Position numbers and translations under genes: made by a program. A stretch of 57,411 bases of DNA from positions 20,754 through 78,164 of the forward strand of contig MHUO01000009.1 of assembly GCA_001825035.1 (NCBI GenBank), read 5' to 3'. Of this stretch, positions 42,634-50,741 are shown one piece after another. The notes below the pieces were generated by a model. It made no database searches and had not been told where the DNA came from. It saw only the letters and a program-made list of their open reading frames with translations. The stretch is from Candidatus Wildermuthbacteria bacterium RIFOXYD1_FULL_50_12 (GTDB lineage: Bacteria; Patescibacteriota; Minisyncoccia; Minisyncoccales; UBA10102). Position 1 is the stretch's first letter; every line of letters starts with the position of its first letter.

Positions 42634-43158
42634 ATGCAAAAGGGTGTTGTAAGAAAAAGAAGGACTCCCCAGACCTCCGAATACGGAAAACAATTGCGGG
42701 AAAAGCAGGATCTCAAGGCCCTGTATAATTTGCGTGAGCGCCAGTTTCGGCAATACGTGGAAAGGGCGCTGGGCGGAAGAGGAGCTCTCAACGCAGAAGA
42801 AGCGCTTCTGTCGCAGCTGGAAAGGCGTTTGGACAACGTGGTGTTCCGCATGGGGCTTGCGGAAACGCGCAAGCAAGCCCGGCAGGTCGTTTCTCACGGA
42901 CACATTCAGGTAAATGAAAGGGTCGTGAGTATTCCTTCTTATCAAATCAAAAAGGGAGACAAGATACGCGTTCGTCCAAGCTCGCAGGAAAACGTGTTTT
43001 TCAAAAATCGGAAACTGGCATTGAAGAATTATGCACCCCCAAGCTGGCTAGAGCTCCACCCGGATGTGCTGGAGGCCGAAGTAAAAGGAGCTCCCGGTCG
43101 GGAGGAAGCGGCGGTTACGGTTCAGGTTCCTTTGGTCTTTGAGTTTTATTCACGATAA
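42634..43158 (+). CDS. rpsD: 30S ribosomal protein S4 (short N-terminus)
   Basis: YGKQLREKQ..K..Y...ERQFR.Y...LERRLDNVVFRMG.A.TR.QARQ.VSHGHI.VN. Confidence 0.93.
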   Translation: MQKGVVRKRRTPQTSEYGKQLREKQDLKALYNLRERQFRQYVERALGGRGALNAEEALLSQLERRLDNVVFRMGLAETRKQARQVVSHGHIQVNERVVSIPSYQIKKGDKIRVRPSSQENVFFKNRKLALKNYAPPSWLELHPDVLEAEVKGAPGREEAAVTVQVPLVFEFYSR

Positions 43159-43198
43159 TTCATCACTTGATATAAACCATTAGTCATTTGTTGTATCT

Positions 43199-44029
43199 AT
43201 GATTCCTCTGTCTCAGCCAACAAAGATAGTCGAGAGCAAAGAAAATCGCGGCGTATTTGTCGTTGAGGGCTTATATCCCGGCTACGGCATCACCATAGGG
43301 AACAGCTTGCGGCGCGTATTGCTGTCTTCTTTGGAAGGAGCCGCGGTAACGCAGGTAAACATCAAAGGAGCGGACCACGAGTTTTCCACGATACCCGGCG
43401 TTTATGAAGACGTTATTGCCATTCTGCTCAATCTTAAACAAATGCGATTTCGTTTGTATGGAGAAGAACCGCAAAAAGCAACGCTGAAGGTGCGGGGCGA
43501 GCGGGAGGTAAGGGCAGCTGATTTCAAACTCCCTGCTTCTCTTGAGCTTGTGAATGGTGACTTGATTCTCGCGCATCTTACTGAGAAGTCAGCCGAACTT
43601 GAAATGGAAATTCAGGTGGAGAGGGGGATTGGATATGTGCCTTCGGAGGAGCGGGAAAAAGAGAAACAGGAAATCGGAAGCATTGCGCTGGACGCTATTT
43701 TCACCCCCATACGGAGGGTGAGCTCAAGGGTGGAAAATATGCGCGTGGGTGATAGAACCGATTTTAACCGGCTTACCTTGGAGATTGAGACAGACGGCAC
43801 GTTAACGCCGGAAGAAGCGTTTTACCAGGCGGTTGATGTGCTCCTTAAGCAATTTGAATTAGTGAAAGGCGGGGTGAAAGAAGCGGTGGAAGCCCGCCTT
43901 GAAGAAGTAAAAAAGGCGGCGGAAAAAAGCGCGCAGAAGTCCGCGGAGACCGAGAAAAAGAAGAAAAAAGCCGCGGCGGGGAAGACAAAGAAGGAGACGG
44001 CGAAAAAGAAGTCCGTCGCAAAGAAATAA
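43199..44029 (+). CDS. rpoA: DNA-directed RNA polymerase alpha subunit, N-terminal domain only, with a Lys-rich tail
   Basis: GYGITIGNSLRRVLLSSLEGAAVT...IPGV.EDV..ILLNLK. The final ~50 aa are K/A/E low complexity, with no alpha-CTD helix-hairpin-helix sequence. Confidence 0.88.
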   Translation: MIPLSQPTKIVESKENRGVFVVEGLYPGYGITIGNSLRRVLLSSLEGAAVTQVNIKGADHEFSTIPGVYEDVIAILLNLKQMRFRLYGEEPQKATLKVRGEREVRAADFKLPASLELVNGDLILAHLTEKSAELEMEIQVERGIGYVPSEEREKEKQEIGSIALDAIFTPIRRVSSRVENMRVGDRTDFNRLTLEIETDGTLTPEEAFYQAVDVLLKQFELVKGGVKEAVEARLEEVKKAAEKSAQKSAETEKKKKKAAAGKTKKETAKKKSVAKK

Positions 44030-44038
44030 AGGAGTATT

Positions 44039-44389
44039 ATGAGGAAACGGAAAGCAGGGAGAATACTTTCAAGAAAAAAAGGGGTCAGGAGAGCCCTTTT
44101 GGTTTCTGTTGTTCGCGCTTTGACGCAAAAGGAAAAGATTCAAACCACGGAAGCCAAAGCCAAAGAGGTGTCACCGTTGATGGAGCGGTTGATTTCAAAA
44201 GCCAGACGGAACGATCTTCACGCCCGCCGCGAATTGCTTACGTACCTTTCTGCGCCCCTTGCCAAGAAAATGCTGGAGGAAATTGCTCCGCGTTTTCAGG
44301 AACGGCAGGGCGGTTATACCAGAATTATCAAAGTTGCCCCTCGAAAATCCGATGGTGCGCAAATGGCGATTATTGAGCTTGTGAAATAA
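44039..44389 (+). CDS. rplQ: 50S ribosomal protein L17
   Basis: L.SVVRALTQKEKIQTTEAKAKEV....ERLISKA...GGYTRI.K...R..DGA.MAIIELV. Confidence 0.93.
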   Translation: MRKRKAGRILSRKKGVRRALLVSVVRALTQKEKIQTTEAKAKEVSPLMERLISKARRNDLHARRELLTYLSAPLAKKMLEEIAPRFQERQGGYTRIIKVAPRKSDGAQMAIIELVK

Positions 44390-44391
44390 AC

Positions 44392-44748
44392 ATGAAAACG
44401 ATTGAGAGGGAAACCCATACGATTGACGCAAAAGATAAGAGATTTGGCCGCTTGGCCTCGCGCATAGCGTTGCTGCTCCGCGGAAAGCATAAACCCGAAT
44501 TCGCCTTGCATAAAGACGTAGGAGATTTCGTGGTTGTGAAAAATGCGGAGCAGATGCAGTTTTCCGGAAGGAAATTCGCGCAGAAAGTATACTATCGACA
44601 CTCCGGGTACTTAGGCAATTTGCGCCAAGTCCAGCTGCAAAAGCTGTTTGCGGCTCGGCCCGGCGAGGTATTGCGCAAAGCGGTATGGGGAATGTTGCCC
44701 AAGAACAAACTTCGTCCAAAACAAATTCGTCGCCTCAGCGTTGAATGA
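44392..44748 (+). CDS. rplM: 50S ribosomal protein L13 (short C-terminus)
   Basis: GRLASRIALLLRGKHKPEF..H.D.GDFVVV.NAE......K...K.YY.HSGY.G. Confidence 0.92.
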   Translation: MKTIERETHTIDAKDKRFGRLASRIALLLRGKHKPEFALHKDVGDFVVVKNAEQMQFSGRKFAQKVYYRHSGYLGNLRQVQLQKLFAARPGEVLRKAVWGMLPKNKLRPKQIRRLSVE

Positions 44749-44752
44749 AAGT

Positions 44753-45166
44753 ATGCCTCGTGTTTCAGCCAAAAAAACTGAATATGTGGAAACGGTAGGA
44801 AGAAGGAAAACCGCCGTTGCGCGGATTCGTCTTTCCCCCGCCTCAAAAAGCCAGTTTATAGTAAACCAGAAACCTCTGGAAGAATACGTGCAGGAAACTT
44901 CGTATCAGAATATCGCGAGAGAATCCTTGGAGAAGGGGAGTCCGGGAAAGAGTTTTGCTGTTTCGGTGTTGGTGCGCGGAGGCGGGCCTCATGCACAGGC
45001 AGAGGCCATTCGCCAGGGGATTAGCCGTGCACTCGTAAAAACAGATCCAGAACTTCGGGCAAATCTCAAAGCGCTTGGATTTCTCACGCGTGACTCTCGG
45101 ATGAGAGAGCGCAAAAAATTCGGTCTCAAGCGCGCCCGCCGCGCGCGGCAGTGGCGCAAGAGGTAG
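44753..45166 (+). CDS. rpsI: 30S ribosomal protein S9
   Basis: GRRKTAVARIRL...GGG..AQAEAIR.GISRAL...LTRDSRMRERKKFGLKRARRARQW.KR. Confidence 0.94.
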   Translation: MPRVSAKKTEYVETVGRRKTAVARIRLSPASKSQFIVNQKPLEEYVQETSYQNIARESLEKGSPGKSFAVSVLVRGGGPHAQAEAIRQGISRALVKTDPELRANLKALGFLTRDSRMRERKKFGLKRARRARQWRKR

Positions 45167-45182
45167 CTACGAGTATCGCTCG

Positions 45183-45253
45183 CATCGCGGATTTTCCTCG
45201 CGCTTAACCCCTCCTTCGGAGTGGACCCTCGCGTCTTCGGAAAACCCGCGATG
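45183..45253. repeat. extended hairpin element with a conserved core, copy E3
   Basis: Arms CATCGCGGATTTTCC / GGAAAACCCGCGATG flank the core TCGCGCTTAACCCCTCCTTCGGAGTGGACCCTCGCGTC. Lies between convergent rpsI and the PEGA-domain gene. Confidence 0.75.
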
Positions 45254-45269
45254 TTTCGCTTATGTGTTG

Positions 45270-46124
45270 CTATGGGAGAAGTTTATTTGAAACAAGAATC
45301 TGATCTCCTGTGTACACGAGGAGTGTTTTTTCTGCTGGCTGCCAGACGAGCTCGGGATTGGGGAATGAGGCAAGTTCTACCATATTGAGGCGGTCGCGCG
45401 TGTCTATTTCAGAAATCATAATGGTGTCACCCTTTGTGAATAAAAGGTAGTGCGGGGTAAACCACGCAAGATTGCTAATGTCCTGACCGAATCTCGTAAG
45501 AAATATGCGCTCTCCTTTTGCGTGGGAGGGTTGTTCTCGTTCGTCTTGAAGGTAGTATAGCCACAATTCGCTTCCAACAGACAGCGCAATTTTCTTCCCG
45601 TCGGGAGACAGAACCGCTTGCGTAAAAGAGGAAAATAATTCTTTTAACTCGGGATACTGGGTTTCAAGATCGGTAGCGTCTTTTAAAGTGTCGAGAGGGA
45701 CGCTCTCTTCTCCATTTGGCGAAGGCAAAAGGGCTTGCGCGTCTTCAGGCAGTGGAGTGAAGGCGGGGTCTTTGGGCACGAGAACAATATTCTTCGCTTC
45801 CGTTACTTGCCTTGGGAAGACCTGAAGGCGCTTTTCCCATGAATGATATCCTTCTTTTTCTACGCGGATAAGATAGGTATTCGGAAGAAAATTTTCCGCG
45901 AGAGTAGTTCCCAAAATGCGGGTCGTGCGCCCGATGGATTGATCGTTGACAAATACTTCAGCTTGCGCCGGATTGATGTTGAGATAGAACGCCCCCCCTT
46001 GAGAGAACCAGCGTTCTTGCCAGTCAAAGCGGTAGCCTTGGGAATAGAAGATAATAGCGGGAGTCCCCGCCAGAAACACCGCTCCGAGAAATAAGAATAG
46101 TATCGTTCTGCTTCGTTTGGTCAT
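45270..46124 (-). CDS. membrane-anchored PEGA-domain protein
   Basis: N-terminal TM. PEGA-like NPAQAEVFVNDQSIG...YLIRVEKEGYHSWEK. The C-terminal part has SPDGKKIALS, which is beta-propeller-like. Confidence 0.75.
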   Translation of the reverse strand: MTKRSRTILFLFLGAVFLAGTPAIIFYSQGYRFDWQERWFSQGGAFYLNINPAQAEVFVNDQSIGRTTRILGTTLAENFLPNTYLIRVEKEGYHSWEKRLQVFPRQVTEAKNIVLVPKDPAFTPLPEDAQALLPSPNGEESVPLDTLKDATDLETQYPELKELFSSFTQAVLSPDGKKIALSVGSELWLYYLQDEREQPSHAKGERIFLTRFGQDISNLAWFTPHYLLFTKGDTIMISEIDTRDRLNMVELASFPNPELVWQPAEKTLLVYTGDQILVSNKLLP

Positions 46125-46146
46125 ATCTCTTGCATTATACGCTCAA

Positions 46147-46175
46147 TTGACAGAAACTCCAAAATGCTGTATAAG
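46147..46175 (+). promoter_or_regulatory. candidate promoter of the 46209 gene
   Basis: TTGACA, 17-nt spacer, TATAAG. The SD AAGGAGG lies 6 nt before the GTG at 46209. Confidence 0.55.
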
Positions 46176-46208
46176 AGGAAGCACAAATTGCACCTAAGGA
46201 GGCGAGTC

Positions 46209-46931
46209 GTGGCAACGGAAGATCAGATTGAGGGATTGTACCTGGCCGGGAAATACCGGGAAGTGATCGCGATCGCTCCGATCAGTATTCGGGCGGCGTG
46301 GTCTCACTACCAGCTCGGGGAGCTGGATAGGGCAGGGACGATTGCCCAGTTCCTTGTTCTAAAGAGGCCCGACGTTACTGAGGAGGCATCTTCAGCTTGC
46401 CTGCTTCTTGCTCACATCACAGAGCGACAAGGCAACTTGGAGGGAGCAGAAGAACTCCTCCGTCTCGTTCCCGCGGATAGAAAGCGTGACAACCTCTATA
46501 TCACAATACTGACCGCCAAAAAGCGACGGGGCGAGGAGATAGTGGCCATAGATGCAGTGGTCCTCGCTACGAACGCCGTGATGCGCGCGCCGTACCAATT
46601 AGTGGACGGTCACATTATCAACAACGTCGCTTGGCTTTTACACCAAGCGCGAGACCAAGAGGACGTAAGGGAATTCCTTCCAACTCTTCCCGGCCTCATC
46701 GAATTGGCCATGGGCATTTACGAGTCCGTGAGTGTGGCCGACAATCATCGGGCAGCGGTGATGTACCGCGCAGCTCTCATCTTCGAGGCTGCAAATTGGA
46801 TAGAGGGTGCACGTACTCTCATCCGTCAGTCGATAGAACTTTGGCGGGAGCTCGTCGTTCGAGAGGGCGGCGATCGCTTCCAACAGAACCTGAGGGGCGC
46901 CGAAGAGGTTGCGCGCCGACTCAATGGATAA
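46209..46931 (+). CDS. hypothetical helical-repeat (TPR-like) protein, GC-rich
   Basis: GTG start chosen because the consensus promoter overlaps the ATG at 46164 and a strong SD precedes the GTG. All-alpha repeat-like sequence. Confidence 0.6.
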   Translation: MATEDQIEGLYLAGKYREVIAIAPISIRAAWSHYQLGELDRAGTIAQFLVLKRPDVTEEASSACLLLAHITERQGNLEGAEELLRLVPADRKRDNLYITILTAKKRRGEEIVAIDAVVLATNAVMRAPYQLVDGHIINNVAWLLHQARDQEDVREFLPTLPGLIELAMGIYESVSVADNHRAAVMYRAALIFEAANWIEGARTLIRQSIELWRELVVREGGDRFQQNLRGAEEVARRLNG

Positions 46932-46948
46932 CAAGGGCTTTGGCTCAG

Positions 46949-46982
46949 AGGCGCCTGGATCGCGTACGCGATCCAGGCGCCT
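46949..46982 (+). terminator. 34-nt perfect palindrome after the 46209 gene
   Basis: AGGCGCCTGGATCGCGTACGCGATCCAGGCGCCT, followed by a T-rich tract (CTTTTCTGCGGCTTTTT). Confidence 0.55.
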
Positions 46983-47008
46983 ACACTTTTCTGCGGCTTT
47001 TTGCGCAA

Positions 47009-47037
47009 TTGCCAAGTCGGATTTTTTCAGATACAAT
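47009..47037 (+). promoter_or_regulatory. candidate promoter of murA
   Basis: TTGCCA, 17-nt spacer, TACAAT. This places element L2 in the murA 5' UTR. Confidence 0.5.
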
Positions 47038-47049
47038 ACAGAGGACTCA

Positions 47050-47135
47050 ATATGGTCCCGTACGAAATCCCGAGGTACAAGGGCATTTCTATCGGGAGTA
47101 AGAGAAGATAACAAGCGAAATTTCGTACGGGATGG
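47050..47135 (+). repeat. ~85-nt inverted-repeat element, copy L2, upstream of murA
   Basis: Same 13-bp arms at 47056 and 47120. The 3' arm ends on the A of the murA ATG. Confidence 0.8.
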
Positions 47136-48409
47136 AGCAATTTATTATTCGCGGGGGAAAACCCTTGCGAGGCATGATAGACGTGAGGGGGGCGAAAAAC
47201 GCCGCCTTTCCTCTTTTGGCAGCAACCATCTTGACCAAAGAAGATTGCGTCATCGAAAATCTGCCCTTGATTGAAGATGTGTTCCGGGCGATTGAAATTC
47301 TGGAAAGCATGAAAGCGGAAGTTAACTGGATAGGGGAGCGCGCAGTCAAAATCAACACCAAACGTCTCAACCCCGTCCTCATTGACAAAAAACTCGTGGG
47401 AAAACTCCGGGGTTCCGTTTTATTTTTCGGGCCGCTTCTCGCGCGCTTTGGAAAGGTTTTCCTTCCGGTCCCTGGCGGGTGTATCATTGGTGCGCGGCCG
47501 ATAGACACGCACCTCGACGCTTTTTTGCAGTTGGGCATAAAAATAAAGGGGGGGAAGAAGGGTTTCGTCCTGGAATTGCCAAAAGCCATAAGGGTCCGGG
47601 AAGTGATTCTCAATGAATTTTCCGTCACGGCAACGGAAAATATCCTTCTCCTGGCGAGCTTATTGCCCATTCCCATTACGATAAAAACCGCGGACCAAGA
47701 TTACCAGATTCAGGAACTCTTTAAATTTCTCAAGCGAATGGGCGCGCAGCTACGAACTTCCAATCTCCACGTGATTTCAGTGAAGGGGAAACCGCGCCTC
47801 AAAGGCGCGCGCACGAAGCTGATTTATGATCCCATTGAAGCAGGGACTTTTCTTGTGATGATTGCGGCTACAAAGGGAGAAGCGCTCGTGAGAAACGTGG
47901 AGGTTCAGTATCTTGAGCTGTTCCTTAAAAGATTGCGCGATTTTGGCGTGCCCTTCCGCATTATCCCGCGCGCAAAGGGAAGGGGAGACGTGCGCGTTTT
48001 TCCCTGGAAGTCCCTGCGTATGGATAAAATTCAGAGTTTTATTTACCCGGGTATTCATTCTGATTTGCAAAGCGCGCTTGGCGTACTTGCGACCCAATCC
48101 AGAGGTTCAACGCTCCTGCACGATCCTCTATACGAGGGCCGCTTGAAATATTTGGAGGAGTTGAATAAGATGGGAGCTGAAATCTACATTGCAGACCCCC
48201 ACCGAGCCATCATCAATGGACCCACTCAACTTTACGGAACCGATCTTGGAACATTTGATTTGCGCGGCGGGGCGGCATTGATCATTGCCGCGTTAGCTGC
48301 AAAAGGGAAGAGTACGATAAGCAATATTTATCAGGTGGACAGAGGGTATGAAAGGATAGAAGAGCGCCTGCAGAAATTGGGCGCAGACATTAGGAGAGTG
48401 AATTCATAA
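47132..48409 (+). CDS. murA: UDP-N-acetylglucosamine 1-carboxyvinyltransferase
   Basis: GAKNAAFPLLAATIL...GGCIIGARPID.H...RGYERIEERL..LGA. Confidence 0.93.
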   Translation: MEQFIIRGGKPLRGMIDVRGAKNAAFPLLAATILTKEDCVIENLPLIEDVFRAIEILESMKAEVNWIGERAVKINTKRLNPVLIDKKLVGKLRGSVLFFGPLLARFGKVFLPVPGGCIIGARPIDTHLDAFLQLGIKIKGGKKGFVLELPKAIRVREVILNEFSVTATENILLLASLLPIPITIKTADQDYQIQELFKFLKRMGAQLRTSNLHVISVKGKPRLKGARTKLIYDPIEAGTFLVMIAATKGEALVRNVEVQYLELFLKRLRDFGVPFRIIPRAKGRGDVRVFPWKSLRMDKIQSFIYPGIHSDLQSALGVLATQSRGSTLLHDPLYEGRLKYLEELNKMGAEIYIADPHRAIINGPTQLYGTDLGTFDLRGGAALIIAALAAKGKSTISNIYQVDRGYERIEERLQKLGADIRRVNS

Positions 48410-48411
48410 CT

Positions 48412-49419
48412 ATGTTTATCACTAAAATCGGAATTGACCTAGGCACCTGTAATTCCCTGGTTTTTGTCCCCAAAAAAGGGGTGGTGCTGTGCGAACCCTC
48501 GGTTGTGGCGGTTTCCTTGGACGAAAACCGCATTTTGGCAGTGGGCGAGGCCGCAAAAGAAATGACGGGACGCACTCCCGATACCATTCGGGTGTACCGG
48601 CCCTTGTCAGAAGGCGTGATTGCGGATTACCGGGTAACGCTGGCCATGATTCGGCATTTCCTGCGCCGCGTTATTCCCAAATACCAATTTTTAAAGCCGG
48701 AGGTATTGGTTTCTGTGCCCGCCGGAATCACGTCAACGGAACGGAGGGCGGTGATTGAAGCTACCCATCAGGCGGGAGCCCGGGCCGCGTACGTGGCCAA
48801 AGAGCCCATTTTGGCAGCCATTGGAGCAGGCATTCCGATTAATTCCACGTCCGGGCACATGATTGTGAATATCGGCGGCGGAACGACGGAAGTTGCGATT
48901 ATTTCCATGGGAGGGATCGTGGTGGCAGCATCCTTGCGCGTGGCCGGCGACAAAATTGATCAGGCGATTTCCGATTATATCAAGAAAAAACACAATCTTG
49001 CCGTGGGCGAAACAACCGCGGAGGAAATAAAAATGCGGATCGGAACCGCGATACCAGAAAAAGTAGAGCTTATGATGGAGGTGCGCGGCCGCGATTTAAT
49101 TCACGGTCTGCCCAAGAATATCAAGCTTTCCTCCAACGAATTGGTCCAAGCCATGGAAGAGCCCATTGACGAAATCCTGTTTACCATAAAATCGGTGCTT
49201 CGGGAAACGCCCCCGGAACTTTCTGCAGACATCATGGATAAAGGAATGATTCTGGCTGGCGGAGGAGCGCTTCTCCGCAACATTGATCAGCGGATTTCCC
49301 AGGCAATCGGCGTGCCCTGTTTCGTTGCCGACGACCCTTTAACGTGCGTTGTGAGGGGAGCGGGTGTGGTGCTCGACAATTTGGAAGTTTTCAAGCGCAG
49401 CATTATGAGCAAAAAATGA
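48412..49419 (+). CDS. mreB: rod-shape-determining actin homolog MreB (copy 1)
   Basis: IGIDLGTCNSLVF...EPSVVAV...VNIGGGTTEVAIIS.GGIV...LAGGGALLRN. Confidence 0.92.
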   Translation: MFITKIGIDLGTCNSLVFVPKKGVVLCEPSVVAVSLDENRILAVGEAAKEMTGRTPDTIRVYRPLSEGVIADYRVTLAMIRHFLRRVIPKYQFLKPEVLVSVPAGITSTERRAVIEATHQAGARAAYVAKEPILAAIGAGIPINSTSGHMIVNIGGGTTEVAIISMGGIVVAASLRVAGDKIDQAISDYIKKKHNLAVGETTAEEIKMRIGTAIPEKVELMMEVRGRDLIHGLPKNIKLSSNELVQAMEEPIDEILFTIKSVLRETPPELSADIMDKGMILAGGGALLRNIDQRISQAIGVPCFVADDPLTCVVRGAGVVLDNLEVFKRSIMSKK

Positions 49420-50141
49420 TGCGGCACGCTGAATTTCTAAAAAAAGCGGCTGCGAAAAAAACGCTTGCGCACGCCTATTTGTTTTCGGGGAACGACCGCG
49501 CGCAAAAAGAAGAGCTTGTGCGCGATCTTCTGGAAATTCTCGGCGTCTCCAGCGCGGACTCCGTCGTTATAAATCCCTCGGAGGAAACGAGTTCTTTTGA
49601 AATTACCATATCTCAAATCCGCCGCCTCGCCGCCTTTTTGAGCATGACATCCTGGAACTCTTCTCATAAAGCGGTTCAGATTCAGGACGCTCACCGCATG
49701 AATCAGGAGGCGCAATCCGCGTTTCTCAAGCTCTTGGAAGAACCGAGGGGCGACACAATCTTGTTTCTGCTCACCGAACATCCCGACATGCTTTTTGAAA
49801 CCATTCGTTCGCGCGCGCAGGAATTCAAGTTTTACTCGTTTTCGCAAATGCAAATACCCGGCGACGTTACACGAGAATTTCAAAAATTGCAGCGCGCGGA
49901 TCTCCATATGCGTTTTTCATACGCCAAAAATCTTAGCGATGAGCCCGAGTGCATTGATGATGTTCTCCGGCAGTGGATTTCAGTTTTGCGCAAGGCGCTC
50001 CACGAGGCAGCGAGAAAGGACTCGGAGCGCGCCTTGCCGCTTTCCCGTTCCGTGCGCACCATGCAGGAAATCCAGTTTCTCCTCCGCACCACCAACGTGA
50101 ACCCCCGCTTGGCTCTAGAGCGCGCGCTCCTCTCTCTTTAG
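49416..50141 (+). CDS. holB: DNA polymerase III delta-prime-like clamp-loader subunit (short, no P-loop)
   Basis: AHAYLFSG...NQEAQSAFLKLLEEP pattern. Only 241 aa, with no GxxGxGK Walker A motif. Confidence 0.55.
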   Translation: MMRHAEFLKKAAAKKTLAHAYLFSGNDRAQKEELVRDLLEILGVSSADSVVINPSEETSSFEITISQIRRLAAFLSMTSWNSSHKAVQIQDAHRMNQEAQSAFLKLLEEPRGDTILFLLTEHPDMLFETIRSRAQEFKFYSFSQMQIPGDVTREFQKLQRADLHMRFSYAKNLSDEPECIDDVLRQWISVLRKALHEAARKDSERALPLSRSVRTMQEIQFLLRTTNVNPRLALERALLSL

Positions 50142-50148
50142 GGCGTGT

Positions 50149-50177
50149 TTGCAGGGCTTCTTTATATTTGGTAGGAT
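50149..50177 (+). promoter_or_regulatory. candidate promoter giving a leaderless frr mRNA
   Basis: TTGCAG, 17-nt spacer ending in TGg, then TAGGAT. The -10 ends 7 nt before the A of the frr ATG, and there is no SD. Confidence 0.45.
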
Positions 50178-50183
50178 ACGTTT

Positions 50184-50741
50184 ATGTATCAAGAAGTTCT
50201 CCAAAAGATAAAGCCGGATATGGAAAAAACGGTGAGTTTTTTTCAGGGGGAGCTCGCAAAAATCAGAACGGGGCAGGCGACTCCTTCTTTAGTGGAGGAC
50301 GTGCAGGTAAATCTGTTCGGCCAGAAAATGCCTTTAAAGCAGCTTGCCGGGATTTCGTGTCCCGACCGGGGGCAAATCCTTATTCAGCCATGGGACAAAT
50401 CGTATATAGAGCCAATCGAAAAGGCCCTTCAGGTTTCCTCCTTGGGGACGAGTCCTATAGTGGAGGGCGCCGCGCTGCGGATGCACCTGCCAAAACTCAC
50501 GCAGGAATATCGCCTGCAGTTGGCAAAAGTGCTCGGAGAGAAATCCGAGGAGACGCGTCGGGCGCTGCGCAAACGGCGAGAGGACGCGTGGGAGGAAATT
50601 CAAAACCAAACGAAGACGGGCGAGATTCGGGAGGACGATAAGTTTCGGGCGAAGGATGAATTGCAGAAGATTCTTGATGAATACAATAAAAAAATAGAAG
50701 ATCTCGTTGGGCGCAAAAAAAGAGAAATTGAAGTAGAATGA
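50184..50741 (+). CDS. frr: ribosome recycling factor
   Basis: 185 aa. F...L.KIRTGQATPSLVE.V.V...G....L.Q.A.IS.....I.I.PWDK. Confidence 0.93.
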   Translation: MYQEVLQKIKPDMEKTVSFFQGELAKIRTGQATPSLVEDVQVNLFGQKMPLKQLAGISCPDRGQILIQPWDKSYIEPIEKALQVSSLGTSPIVEGAALRMHLPKLTQEYRLQLAKVLGEKSEETRRALRKRREDAWEEIQNQTKTGEIREDDKFRAKDELQKILDEYNKKIEDLVGRKKREIEVE

